Source of the DNA: Octopus bimaculoides | Lineage: Eukaryota | Direction: 5' to 3' | Length of the DNA stretch: 64,000 nucleotides | NCBI RefSeq assembly: GCF_001194135.2 | Contig: NC_068999.1 | Location: forward strand, 23,064,836-23,128,835 | Shown here: positions 1 through 12,884 of the stretch, one piece after another | Position numbering within the stretch: position 1 is the first letter of the stretch | Layout: each line of letters starts with the position of its first letter | Position numbers and translations under genes: made by a program | The notes under the pieces: model-generated | Databases searched by the model: none | What the model was told of the DNA's origin: nothing | The model's input: the letters and a program-made list of their open reading frames with translations, nothing else

Positions 1-1129
1 ACCATGCTAACCAACAACATTCGTACAAGTGAACTAAGTAGTTCCAAAGCGAACTTCTTACACAGACAGCCATGCCTGAACCTATACATAATAATTCATG
101 GACAAAGCAACCTTGAGTTCAAACTTTATCCAAGAACAAACTTTTATCAAGAGTCCCTTTACTAGTGTCCCCATGCAAGCAATAAGAATCAAGTCACTTT
201 GTATTTCTTGAGAGAAGTATACAAGGAGTTGTTTGCAGGTTTCTTTTGCTATTGTTTTCTTATATATTCTTAACTTTGTGTAAAAAGTATTGCTGTTTTC
301 GTAAAATCTATTAAAAATTTATGCTGCTTTCAAACACAGATATTAAATCTAAGGTAATTAACAAATAAACATCATTTTTCAAGCTTATCCAGTCAAAGAA
401 AAAAATATTCTTCCAGAAGATTTGAGCTGAAGAACTCAATATGGCTGCTATCTTATTTACTTTCACATTAAGAACAATATAACACTTTTGAATAGTTTAT
501 CTTTCTGAGAGTTATTTTACTGTATTAAAAGGCAATACTTATAGCTGTAATCCAGTGTAAATGGTTTCATTGAATTTATATTGAAACAACTGAATAATAA
601 AAGTCTTGATAAATATTATTTAATTATTACAATGAATTCAGTATGGAATTTTTCTATTTACTGATCAAATAGATGATTAATGTCTTCCATTAGAGAAGGT
701 CAAGATTTTAATTCTTTCATTTTAACTAACCTCCATTAGGACAGAAATAAATGTCTCTTTTACATGTAACTATTGGGGGTCAGTAATGTACTACAAGAGT
801 CTGAGTAGGCATTAGTCATTCAAAGGAAAATATATTTGAATAGTCTCTTTCTTATTTACAGCCTTTTACTTGGTTTGGGGCTCAAAACTATGAATTAATG
901 AAATACAAGTCTGGTATACAATTTCTGGCATAGATACACTGTTTGCATGCTGTAATAACACTGTCATGAATAACTGAATATATACTTAATGATTGAAATG
1001 TATTAAGTTCGTTATTGAAGTGAAGCTTTATTGATTGTCTGACTGAGAATAACATAAGAAGTACATGCTTTCATGCATACATACATACATGTATTATCAC
1101 TGATAAAATACAGTATTGCAGAGGTATAT

Positions 1130-2085
1130 TTTAAAGAGACAGCTGTTCATACTTTCAGTAAACTTCTTGTCACTTATGTTGAGGAAGTCTGATGGATATC
1201 TCATTGGTTCACAGGACAGAAATACCAAAATTACACACTGTTTCCTTGTGAATTACTTGAAGCTGTATGCAAGAAATATGCATGAGCTGAAAAAGAGCCA
1301 TGACCTGGTTACAATATCCTCAAAAAGATATGGAGTTGGAATTTGGTCAGGATGAATGTTGCTATATAGTTGTGAAAAGAGAGAAAACTATAAACCAGAC
1401 TAGCAACATCTCCATTAATGACTTAACTGTTTTTCTTTTACCTGATGAAGAATGTTACACATACCTAGGGGTAGATGAAAACACTAAAATGTTATAACCA
1501 ATGCTAACTTTGTGGTATTAATACTGAAGATATCGCTCTTATCATAAGCTGTTGTCCAAAAATATCATTTGTTATTAACTACTAATGAGACATGATGTGG
1601 ACCAGACACTGTACAATGAGATCCATCAGAAAGATAATCCTGAGGCCAAAGAGATACAAACCCATAGTGTGGTAGAGGCCATAACCACTCATAACATGGA
1701 AGAGTATTGGTAGAATGTCCAGTGAAACCCTCAATAAAATACCAACATAATAGGCTGGACATAATGATTTGGGAAAGAGAATAAAAACTATGTACGTTAG
1801 TGGAAATCAGTTGCCCAGCAGATGTCAACATGAAGCTAAAAATCAGCAAAAAAAAAACCTATGCTGAACTATTAAGAAATTTATAGCTATTCTGCCTGGA
1901 TTACACATTCAGATTTATACCTGTAATTACTGGAGCATTGACATGTAGCAAATTACCTCAGTATCAATCTTGAGAAATTAAGCTTCTCAAAACCAGAAAG
2001 AAGAAAGCCAATTAGAAGATTGCAAAAACAAGCCATCAATAGAATTGCTAAAATATATAAAACTTGTCAGAAGTTTATTATTTAA
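1130..2085 (+). mobile_element. Decayed R4/Dong-clade non-LTR retrotransposon fragments (RT piece and restriction-like endonuclease C-terminus)
   Basis: Broken frames give YLKLYARNMHELKK, DMELEFGQDECC and YTYLGVDEN (RT). Near 1800-1940 they give VEISCPADVNMKLKIS and FRFIPVITGAL, matching the intact C-terminus at 34130-34370. Confidence 0.7.
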
Positions 2086-2329
2086 GTATATACGTGGATG
2101 TCTGGGCATGCAACTATATGCATGAGAATACATGAATAAAATAAAACAGAAATCTGCTCACACACTGACTCCAAATATTTCATACAAACATACACAAATA
2201 CCTTGTTAATGTTGTTTAAAATTCCAATAAAGGAGCCTTGGATGTAAATTAGAAACTGCCTCTTTCTCCACTGGCAAAAAAAATCTACAAATAAAACTGA
2301 ATAATAACATACATGCTTCATTGATTTAT

Positions 2330-2544
2330 TCATTCATGCATGCATGCATGCATACATATATATATACATACATACATACATACATACGTACATACATACA
2401 TACATACATACATACATACATACATGCATGCATACATATATACATACATACATACGTACATACATACATACATACATACATACATACATACATACATGCA
2501 TGCATGCATACATATATACATACATACATTCATACATACATACA

Positions 2545-2576
<32 letters not shown>
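2330..2576. repeat. (TACA)n/(TGCA) compound microsatellite
   Basis: Direct reading; it generates the HTYI/MYVC pseudo-ORFs. Confidence 0.97.
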
Positions 2577-2950
2577 CAGGGTGAGTCAAAAGTAGTGCCC
2601 AGTTTCTGAGAAGTCATGCCTTTCTTTATTGTTTTGCAGGTTATTACTGACAGTTTTGAAAGTTACTAAGTCTGGATAATGTATCATGTAGTTAATACTC
2701 TTTGATATCCTAACCTGACTTTTTGTAACGAGAAGAATTGTATTTTAGGGAGGAAAACTTTAATGGGTACACCAGCAAACTAGAAGGCTAAAATGAAGGG
2801 CAATGAAGTGTAATGAAGTAAAGTATGTGTTAACAGGAAGATAGTTTATATAACAGGGGAATGGAGTTGGGTAGCCAATCCAGCATTATCTATTAATCAG
2901 TTGTGGGAAAGGACAGATGCACTTGGCCTCCCTGTTGATANNNNNNNNNN

Positions 2951-2983
<33 letters not shown>

Positions 2984-3526
2984 CTGCCTTGGAAATCCAG
3001 GTATGCATGATAATTAAATCATTCCACACACACTTCTTTGTTGTTTTGCAGGTTTATTGACAGCTTTGAAAGTTATTAAATTTATATGAAGTTGACCCAT
3101 GAATTTGCTTTCAATAAATCAATGCATAGCATCCAGGAAATATTACTACAAATGCAATAGAAACCAATTGCTGGTGGCATGCCATTCGGCTGAAGAATTT
3201 GATATTAACCCTCCCCAAGGAAGAAGCATACATTCAACTGACAAGAAGTTTGAAACAACAGGATCAGTAGCCACTGTAGAAAAGTGTGGTTGTCCAAAAA
3301 TGGCTATGAATGAAGTAAAACCTGAAGAAATCATCGAGAGACTGCAAGGAACTCCACAAAAGTCAACTTTCCATTTATCTGCAGAGATGGGAGTGCGTCA
3401 GTCAAGTGTTGTGTATATCCTTCACCAGCAAAGATAGAAACTTTACATTTCATGCTTACTGCATGCCCTTCATGATGGAGATGACAACCACCTTCTTCAA
3501 TTTTGTGAAGAGTTCCTGGTTAGACT

Positions 3527-4618
3527 TGTAGTGGACACTTGAGGGAAATCCCCCTCCTCTCTATTATATATACATACATACAAACGTAGTAGATAACAGC
3601 TAGCCTTTGGCTGCACTTTTGGACCCTGTTGTGTCCAATTTGTCTCTTGCTCTATCACGCGCCAAAATGCAACCCAACCAATTGCAGCCTTCAAATAAGG
3701 TCACGTGTGTCAACCTGTTTTGTACCCCGGTTTGAGCCAACTGCTCCCTATAAAACTCCAGCTTCTCCGCATCTTGGAGTCTTTGGTTCCAGACCTTTTA
3801 AGGTCTAGCCACTGACCACACAGGACACAGCCAGTTCCAGTGACAACACAACAGCAGCCACATGGAGACTCATCAACTTCGTCCAACAGCATTCGACGAC
3901 CTCCATCTCCTTCGCCACCATTTGTTCTAACGTCAACATCATCTCTCTACATACACAGCAGCAAGCAACACTGCACAGGTTCTAACATAGCACTGTTCAT
4001 GAATTACTTCACCATGGTTAACAGCGAAAATACAACCTGTGAGAACTCCTGTACCAAGTGACCCAGACAACAGCATCACACCCACAACTTCACTTACAAC
4101 ATGTACCTCAACCGGCTCTGCATCACAAGCACAACTTCACATATGACGTACCTCAACCGGCTCTGCATCACAGCCACAACTTCACGTGCGACATGTACCC
4201 CAACCGGCTGTGCAACGCAGCCACAGCTTCATGTATGACGTACCTCAACCAGCTCTGCATCATTGCCGCAACTTCTTGATACAGCATTTCAACTATCGTG
4301 TACAATTGACTACGAACTGGTATTTCTCACTCTTGTGTCTATGAACATTCTTCTAACTTCTCCTTATAGACTCTTTCAATGCTCTGTACTTGACGCACAC
4401 ACAGTCACACATGTTAACATATCACTATTCTGTATACATGATGCACACACAGTCACACATGTTAACATATCAATAAAGCTTCTCTTAAACCTTCTACCTG
4501 GTTGCGTCTCTTTTCCCTCTGACTCATATATGCATTTATTCTTTTTATATTTATTGTATCCACCGTGTGATGTACTAAGGGGCCATTCTCGTCACCATCA
4601 CTTTGCACGGTTGTTACA
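3527..4618 (+). mobile_element. Probable solo LTR inserted in the Tc1/mariner transposase
   Basis: TGTA...TACA termini; flanks GACT (3523-3526) and CACT (4619-4622) form a 4-bp TSD with one mismatch. Removing it rejoins the transposase frame. TATAAAA at 3749-3755 and AATAAA at 4472-4477. Confidence 0.7.
4083..4275. repeat. ~45-47-bp tandem repeat (~4 copies) inside the solo LTR
   Basis: Recurring CACAACTTCAC..GTACCTCAACCGGCTCTGCATCAC; a separate 48-bp-period duplication lies at 4391-4472. Confidence 0.9.
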
Positions 4619-6539
4619 CACTTGATGGAGATGCATCAATGCTGGACAGCATTGGGTGGTTAGATGAGACATGTTTTAAGCTCAATGGCACTATTAGCAG
4701 ACATAGTTGTGCCTACTGGGCTGAGGAGAACCCAAGAGTAACAGTTGATAAGGAAGTGAACTTACTGGGTGTAACATTTTGGGCAGTCATATCTCCATTA
4801 GGAATAATTGGTCCCTTCTTCTTTGATGGAGCTGATACTGGAGGCAAGTAGTATCTGGATATATTGCAAACCTTCTTTTGGTTCAAGGTACAAAATCAAG
4901 ACTGTTATCTCCAGCAAGATGAAGCCCTCACCTTATTATGCATGGCATGTTTGTCAGTGGCTCCAAGGAAACCTTCCTTGAAAGTACATTGGGTGCCATA
5001 TCCAATTGTGTGGCTGGCACACTCCCCAGGAATAGAAAGTTAAAATTACTGTAAAGTATGGGGAATTTGATAGTGAACTCTGCAAGTATGTGTGTAACCC
5101 TGTACNNNNNNNNNNNNNNNNNNNNNNNNNNNNNNNNNNNNNNNNNNNNNNNNNNNNNNNNNNNNNNNNNNNNNNNNNNNNNNNNNNNNNNNNNNNNNNN
5201 NNNNNNNNNNNNNNNNNNNNNNNNNNNNNNNNNNNNNNNNNNNNNNNNNNNNNNNNNNNNNNNNNNNNNNNNNNNNNNNNNNNNNNNNNNNNNNNNNNNN
5301 NNNNNNNNNNNNNNNNNNNNNNNNNNNNNNNNNNNNNNNNNNNNNNNNNNNNNNNNNNNNNNNNNNNNNNNNNNNNNNNNNNNNNNNNNNNNNNNNNNNN
5401 NNNNNNNNNNNNNNNNNNNNNNNNNNNNNNNNNNNNNNNNNNNNNNNNNNNNNNNNNNNNNNNNNNNNNNNNNNNNNNNNNNNNNNNNNNNNNNNNNNNN
5501 NNNNNNNNNNNNNNNNNNNNNNNNNNNNNNNNNNNNNNNNNNNNNNNNNNNNNNNNNNNNNNNNNNNNNNNNNNNNNNNNGCTACACAATGAGGACAAGA
5601 TTTAACTTAACAAATACAGTATTAGCTCTAAAGAGTGTCTTGATGTTTCATACGTAAGTCCTTCAGCGAAAAACAAAAACAAAAAAACCGAGATGAAGAG
5701 TTAGAAACCAGGTGGCAGTGATGTCCTATAGAAAGGTATTAAAAAGGGAGGATGATGCAAATAACATCAAACACCAAATTCAATTACATTCTGACCTGTG
5801 ATCAGCAACAAACTGTATTATCTACAAACATTCTTTCATGAACCATAAAATGCCACAAAAACCAACCCTGTATAAAAAGTACGTCATAAACACTTCTGCT
5901 TACACCTTTATTTCCTTGCCTGATTGAACCCTAAACTTTAACAAAATTACCACAACAAACCAAAAGAAATCTCTTAACCATAATCATACCGAACAAACAT
6001 GTACTTTTCTCTTATATTACTTATCTATTCCCACACTTCCTACAGCACCACCTTGAAGAGTTTAGTCAAACAAATCTACACCAGTATTTATTTTCTTAAT
6101 CCCTCTTTTGCTGAACCACTAAGTTACAGGCACATAAATAAAGCAGTGAATTGGGATAATAGGCAGGCTGACAAAGAAGAAATATTTTATGAGTGTCGGA
6201 TGCACATTAGTAGTTAGCATACAAAATGTATTTCACAAATATTCAGAAGGCTCACTAGAATTAATTATAATTTTTGTTACACAGATGACCTAGTAAGTAA
6301 CTGAAGTGTGTATACTGAAAGTATAGACACCAGAAAAAGAACATGGTGGAAAAAGTTAAGGAATTTTTTAATGTCTGCTGGCAACAAATGGTTCCTCTTC
6401 TGGAAGAAATGGTAGCTTTATGCTGTTTGGATACAAAACGTTATGCTGCTTAATGATAAGTCTTAAATGCAAAAAGACGTGGGTCCTGACTATGGCTCAA
6501 TACAAATGAAGTTGGCATTCTCCACTTAATGGATTGTAT

Positions 6540-7010
6540 TAGTGTAAATGAAGAAAGGAACATGAATTGGCTGAGAGCAAAGTTGAATACAAGTGGAATT
6601 AGATATAGTGTACAAAATAAAATGTAATGCACATAGCAGAAGTCACTTGTATAAAGAAGTGCCAAGCACTTAGATTGGATGGAACCTGATAAATGAAAAG
6701 ATGTAGGAAGACATGGAACCACATGGTGAAGACGTTTCTTGAGACACTGAACCTCATGAAGGAGATAACAAAGAATTATGATGATTAATGTGAAGTGCTG
6801 AGGAAGACTTACCCACCAGTACAAGCGAGGCAGAACAGTTACTAAAATAATGGAAGAGGGTGACACAGGCTAAAATACACAATATCTGTATAATAAGGCA
6901 CTTACTGAACAAGCACTAGAGCATGATATAGTCCTTGGGACCACTGGATCCTGTCAAACCATCTAACTCATGCAAGCATGGAACATGGATATTAAATGAT
7001 GATGATGATG
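6540..7010 (+). mobile_element. RTE-clade LINE 3' fragment
   Basis: Degenerate C-terminal frame (..KKCQALRLDG..RCRKTWNHMVK..) followed by the same 3' UTR seen in other RTE copies and a (GAT)n tail. Confidence 0.65.
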
Positions 7011-7277
7011 TGTGTATGTGTATCCTGAAGCACACACATAAAGTTATAAACATTAACATATAAATATGGGATTTTTCAACCCAATATCTACATGCTGTTA
7101 TCTATAGCTTTATGTGGGCGCTTCATGAACCGTTATTCCCAAAAGGAATTATTTCACGTTCTCTCAAATGATTATAAAATTCTTTTGACACCAACAGTTA
7201 ACTCACACGCACACACACGCACACGCACACACAAACACACACGCATACACACACACATGTATACATACGTACATCAT

Positions 7278-7327
<50 letters not shown>

Positions 7328-7559
7328 ATACACTTTTGTCACTTGCAATGAGTATTTCTTTGCTATTATGTAAACAAAAAACACATTAGTGTAGAAATGG
7401 GAAACTGTCAAATAACAAATGCAGAGGAAGTGAGTGAAATGAAAATGAGTGGCATGTTTTTGAAGTGTGTTTATCACAAATGCCCAGAATGACAAACAAG
7501 GAAAGAATCAGTGTGGTTGAATGAAATAAAATGAGAATGAGTGGCAAAAAAGGTCTTTC

Positions 7560-7760
7560 TTTCTTTTTCTTTACTTGTTTCAGTCATTGCAGCCATGTCA
7601 TTTCAGCATTGCCTTAAAGGGTTTAGTTGAACAAATTGACCCCAGTACTTAAGTTTTTAAGTCTCCTATTTATTCTACTAGTCTCTTCTGCTGAAACATT
7701 AGGTTACAAGGATGTAAACAAACCAACAGTGATTGTCAAATGGTAGAGGACAAACAGAAG
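7560..7760 (-). mobile_element. tRNA-derived SINE family A, 3' half
   Basis: TTACTTGTTTCAGTCATT...GCTGAAAC...GGATGTAAACAAACC matches the full copy at 58185-58558. Confidence 0.8.
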
Positions 7761-7914
7761 AAGAAAGACATACAAACACACACATGCACATACACACGCA
7801 CACACACACATGCACACACGTACGCACGCACACACACACACACACATGCACAAACACACACACATGCACAAACACACACACATGCATATATGATATTTAT
7901 GTATGTATATACAG

Positions 7915-8075
7915 GCATAGGCATGGCTGTGTTGTAAGAAACCTGCTTCCCAACCTCATGGTTATGGGTTTGGTCGCACTGCATGGCACCTTGGGCAAAT
8001 GTTTTCTACTATAGCTTCGGGCCAAACAAAACCGTGTGAGTGGATTTGGTAGACGGAAACTGAAAGAAGCTCGTC
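7915..8075 (+). mobile_element. tRNA-derived SINE family A, 5' half (head plus probable Meta-type central domain)
   Basis: GGCATGGCTGTGTTGTAAG head; GTGAGTGGATTTGGTAGACGGAAACTGAAAGAAGC domain, which resembles the MetaSINE domain as recalled (not searched). Confidence 0.8.
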
Positions 8076-8084
8076 ATACCTTCA

Positions 8085-9920
8085 AAATGCTTCTAACCAA
8101 AAATTACAAAGAGTTAAAAATAGGTTGGTTAAATTTTTCCAAAACATGGGCTTAAGCATTATTTTCGACAATGATATAACTAAAGCCAAGATTTTGGATA
8201 TTACCCTTAACTTACATAATGATTCATATTTCCCATACCATAAACCCTCAACTAATTTAAAATATATTAGCTCTTTCAGTAATCCTTTTAAGGCTATTAC
8301 AAGGAATTTAGTTAGGAATATTTCACATAGACTTTCTAGATTATCAGCCAATGTTGATATTTTCATGAAAAAAGCCAAATTTTATAATTCTGCCTTACTT
8401 AAAGCAGGTTATAAAGAAAAAATTACCTATATTAACCCTATTGACACTAATTCTATCTCTAGTAATCAGGACATGAAATCAAGTCATAACGGTAACAACA
8501 ATATAAATTTTAGTTCGAATACCAACACTAAATCAAGAAATGTAATTTTGTAGCATAAGGGGGATAACTGTTCTTTAAGACCCTACGTTATAAAAGTACA
8601 TCTAGGGTTTTTAAAGATAATTACCCTAATAACAAGGTATGTCCTAGCAAAACTGTTTGGTTGATAATTCTATATGGTAAGCAGATCAAATCCAACCTCC
8701 CTTACCAGTTTCATGAAGCTATAGGTAAGAATTTCTCAAAAAATTCAAGATACTATTCCATTATCCATTAACACCAAATCAGAATAGGGTTTTCAAACAC
8801 CAAAAACCTTTCACAAATTATTGTTTTGCATAACAATAAATTGTTAAATGCAAATTCACTTAATGAAAATAATAACATTGATATTATTAACATTGATATT
8901 ATTCTTTGAACAATAATAGCAACAATATTAGTATTTCTGATATAAATTCCAATTACATTCAATTCCTTAGCATTAACTCTAACACTAGAAATTCTATTTA
9001 TCAAGGTAAGATTACTACCGGTTCTGACATCTTTTTTATATATATGTAGTTCTTCATCTCAGTTGTCCAAAAGAATATCTAACCATTATTCTACATTTAC
9101 ACATATCAATAAACACAACAATACTGGGCTTAGTAAATCAATTTGGTCTCGAAAGGAACATAATAAACAATTTGATTTGGAATGGAATATTCTATCTAGG
9201 TTCTTTCCTTATGATAAAGGTAAATCTTTTTCTTCGCTCTGTAATGATGAACTGTATTTCATCCTGTTCACAGAGAATCCTCTTGTAAACACGTTTAAGG
9301 AACACATTTATTGTTGCAAACACTGGCAAAAACATACCTTTAGTTCCTATAAGAAATTTCTACCAGTCTATAAAATTCGACCTTTAACTGTCTTCTTACA
9401 TCTCACTTCCGCTAAATATATCTATTTCCACGCCTTTAATCTTTATTCCTATTCACCTATCGCACTATATTTCTCCACTTTTAGTTTTCTGCTTATTTCT
9501 TTCTTCCTCCTCCTTCTCTTTCTATAAATTGCCTTTGACATTATATCTATTAACTTTTTTTTTTAAATGACTTACCAGCCTTCCCTTCATCATATATGTA
9601 GTAATCACATTCGTTTATAATGTCTTATTGATGCATTTTGTTTCTCTTTCTTTCTCTGATGAGAAGATTGCATTGTTTTACATAATTTCATTCCTTCTAG
9701 AATAATACCAATGTTTTCTTTGAAACATATGTTGGAAGTATAAAGATTTGAATAACACCTGCATTTAACTCCATTTATAGAAAAACATTTTACTAAACTC
9801 TGGAATTTCTACCCTTACAAGTAGTAGGCTGTTACATCCTTGGTACTAATGTGAATTGTTGCTACCCTGGTAACTATTTATTTATTTTTTTCCGTATTAT
9901 TTGTAAACATTGAAAAAATA
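8085..9920 (+). mobile_element. Penelope-like element, 5'-truncated: RT C-terminus, GIY-YIG endonuclease and pseudo-LTR with hammerhead
   Basis: ORF 8125-8553 (LDITLNL..YFPYHKP..LKYIS..SN..RLSRLS..FYNSAL..GY) and ORF 9063-9360 (KRISNHYSTF..TGLSKSIW..WNIL..LCNDEL..NPLVNTFKE...CKH) are typical PLE motifs. Confidence 0.9.
9651..9738 (+). ncRNA. Type I hammerhead ribozyme motif in PLE pseudo-LTR
   Basis: CTGATGA 9656-9662, 59-nt helix II region, GAAAC 9722-9726, palindromic ACATATGT helix III, GUU triplet 9731-9733; helix I TTTCT/GGAAG pairs with wobbles. Confidence 0.6.
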
Positions 9921-9997
9921 CACATACATTTATATATATATATACATTTAAGAATTTAAGGATTGGAGAAAACGCATGTTATAATTGCATACTTTAT

Positions 9998-10080
9998 TCC
10001 TACATGTTTCAAAGGATTACAACCTGTGTGATCCATAGGGATCTTTGATATTAAAATTGTAACCTTCTCATCAGGGAAAG
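9998..10080 (-). ncRNA. Hammerhead ribozyme motif (left arm of an inverted repeat)
   Basis: Minus strand reads TTTCC-CTGATGA-GAAGGTTACAA...TTGTAATCCTTT-GAAAC-AT-GTA-GGA. Confidence 0.7.
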
Positions 10081-10120
10081 CATCGGTCATAATGTCTTAC
10101 GTTTAAGATGATTCCCATAC

Positions 10121-10204
10121 TTTCCCTGATGAGAAGGTTACAATTTTAATATCAAAGATCCCTATGGATCACACAGGTTGTAATCCTTTGAAACATATGT
10201 AGGA
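10121..10204 (+). ncRNA. Hammerhead ribozyme motif (right arm of an inverted repeat)
   Basis: TTTCC, CTGATGA 10126-10132, helix II AAGGTTACAA/TTGTAATCCTT with inner GATCC/GGATC hairpin, GAAAC 10190-10194, ATAT, GUA 10199-10201, GGA. Confidence 0.75.
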
Positions 10205-11395
10205 NNNNNNNNNNAATATACTCAAATACCCAAAATTTCAAGGAGTTCCTGCCTTAAAAACAGGAACTAACCACAGTTATTTTGTGTTCTTTGCTACATT
10301 GGTTTCTATTAACCCATTTATTCTATCAGAAGAATTTTTATTTATTAAGAGAGAAGAAATACACATAATTATATATATATATATATATATAGTGAGAATT
10401 TACAAAATACAAACAAAAGACGAAGATGGGTGTGTAAACAACAAACAGATATATTAGTTTAATGCTCGGGAAGTGAGAAAGTCTTTTATATTTCAAGCCT
10501 ACGCTTTTCAACAGAAAGGAACACAGAAATAAACAGGGAGAGAAAATAAAACAGGTTTAGTGGCTAGCAATCTGTCATGGCAAATGCTGGACAGTGGGGT
10601 CAGACAGGAGAGCTAGGAAAAAGGGGAGATAATAAAGTAGTGGTGATCCCAAAACAAAGGTGTGCATGCATGTGTATATGAGAGTGTGTATGTGCATGTG
10701 GATGGGGGTTGGTGACCTTGACGTGTGCGTGCATGTGTAGGTGTGTAGATGATGGTGTAGGTGCTTGGAAGTGGTCAGTGTGAGTGTGTATTAGGTGGTG
10801 TGATATGGTGAGTGTGGGGTGCTATGGTAGTGTGTGTTGTGGTGGTGGTGTTGGTGTGTGGGAAGCAAGTGTGGGNNNNNNNNNNNNNNNNNNNNNNNNN
10901 NNNNNNNNNNNNNNNNNNNNNNNNNNNNNNNNNNNNNNNNNNNNNNNNNNNNNNNNNNNNNNNNNNNNNNNNNNNNNNNNNNNNNNNNNNNNNNNNNNNN
11001 NNNNNNNNNNNNNNNNNNNNNNNNNNNNNNNNNNNNNNNNNNNNNNNNNNNNNNNNNNNNNNNNNNNNNNNNNNNNNNNNNNNNNNNNNNNNNNNNNNNN
11101 NNNNNNNNNNNNNNNNNNNNNNNNNNNNNNNNNNNNNNNNNNNNNNNNNNNNNNNNNNNNNNNNNNNNNNNNNNNNNNNNNNNNNNNNNNNNNNNNNNNN
11201 NNNNNNNNNNNNNNNNNNNNNNNNNNNNNNNNNNNNNNNNNNNNNNNNNNNNNNNNNNNNNNNNNNNNNNNNNNNNNNNNNNNNNNNNNNNNNNNNNNNN
11301 NNNNNNNNNNNNNNNNNNNNNNNNNNNNNNNNNNNNNNNNNNNNNNNNNNNNNNNNNNNNNNNNNNNNNNNNNNNNNNNNNNNNNNNNNNNNNNN

Positions 11396-11413
11396 TATGT
11401 ATGTATGTATGTA

Positions 11414-11456
<43 letters not shown>

Positions 11457-11561
11457 CTGTGTCTGTGTCTCTGTGTGTGTATGTGTGTCTGCATGTGTGT
11501 GTCTGTGCCTGCATGTGCGTGTCTGTGTCCGTGTGCATGTGTGTGTGTGTATGTTTGTGTG

Positions 11562-11656
<95 letters not shown>

Positions 11657-11660
11657 GTGT
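11396..11660. repeat. (GT)n compound microsatellite
   Basis: Direct reading; it abuts an N gap. Confidence 0.97.
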
Positions 11661-11739
11661 TTTATGTAGCCAACAGTTATGGCTGGTCAGAAAGTTACCA
11701 TTAATTTTACGTCACCTATATTGCACTTAGCATTACAAG

Positions 11740-12570
11740 CAATTTGTCAGACCTGCTGGCCAGAGGTACATAACCTCTTTACTATTGGATGTAAGAACAC
11801 AGTTTTTACCACAATGATCGCAAAAAAAGGAACCCTGAAATGAAAGTCTTCAAAGCAAAAACCCCTTCTGGGTAAGACAGAGTTATCCTCCTTTGAATGA
11901 TTCCAGTTGTGTCTGAAAAGGATCCATTTATGTACGTTTTCTGTTCCCTTGTCATCAAATTAGAAAACCCATGTCTTCAACGCAAATTTTCTCTTATGAA
12001 AGCACTGACTTAACACCTCATTCTTTGAGTTTAAGAAAGTCTCCAGATCAAGTGAAGTTTTTAGGATCTTTGTCCTCTCAACCAAGAAATGTTTGCATCA
12101 TCTGATCCAGGTTGTTTCAGGAGTTTCCATTTCATCTGCTATGGAAGAGGGAGTGCCCTCTTCTTTTAAATACCATATATAGTTTGCCAAAGACTTAACG
12201 TTGCACCTCTCTGGGATCCTAAAAGAAGACATGTGCTTATTTAGTCACCGCTTAAAAGGCCCTCCATTGATCTGACATGTTTTCATGTTTGTATCCTTAT
12301 ATTGTTGGGGCTGCTGTTGTTGTTGCTGATACTATCATTGCCATTGCTGCTGTTACTGATAGACACCACCTTTATCCTGTAGACCACAGCTTTGGAGTTG
12401 CATTGACCGCCTACTGGGCATTCATTTTTAGACCTACATGAGCATCCTACCTCTGTGCAGGGTTTAGGGGTATTCACTAAAATTTTTTTTACACTCTGCA
12501 CACTGCTGAATAAGACCCTTAAGTTGTGTCTATTAAATCATCATCCATACCAATATGATGTTAGCTTTAT
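11740..12570 (-). mobile_element. Penelope-like element 3' fragment (GIY-YIG region)
   Basis: ORF 12283-12501 GCSCRSKNECPVGGQCNSKAVVYRIKV, followed on the minus strand by KR.LNKHMSSF..SLANYIWYLK..LNSKNE..SQC.HKRKF. Confidence 0.8.
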
Positions 12571-12884
12571 ACTGCTAACAGTAAGATGAGGAACAGGAAC
12601 AATATTAATCTTTTTAGAAATGATGATGTAACTATGAGTTCCATCAGAAAAAAACCTTAGAAGTTCTAGTTTCATTATCAGCATCATGAAAAAAGAGATG
12701 AAATAATGAAAATGACATATAAATTTGTGAATATTTGAATATTCTTTGCAATCATAGTATCAGTTTTAATTAACTTTTAATCACTATCATTAAACTGATC
12801 AGTGGGCCAGTAAAAATGCTATATTTGATGACGTAATGGGCTATGTGTTTAGGTACCACTTTCACTCGTTATTTTTGGCAGTGG

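Larger units (their letters stand above)
2577..5102 (+). mobile_element. Degenerate Tc1/mariner DNA transposon(s), transposase interrupted by a 1.09-kb insertion
   Basis: Left end is TA|CAGGGTGAGTC (2575-2587) and right end is ACCCTG|TA (5097-5104). Transposase pieces KKFETTGSV (HTH region) and QFCEEFLVR resume after 4622 as LDGDASMLDSIGWLDETCFKLNG...IIGPFFFDG...YLQQDEA. A related left-end segment is repeated at ~2620 and ~3035. Confidence 0.85.

Noticed and set aside
2321-2617. Six overlapping HTYI/MYVC ORFs (likewise at 7.7, 10.8-11.7, 14.8-15.2, 45.5-45.8 and 47.7-48.3 kb)
   Set aside because: They are translations of TACA/CA/TA microsatellites, not genes.
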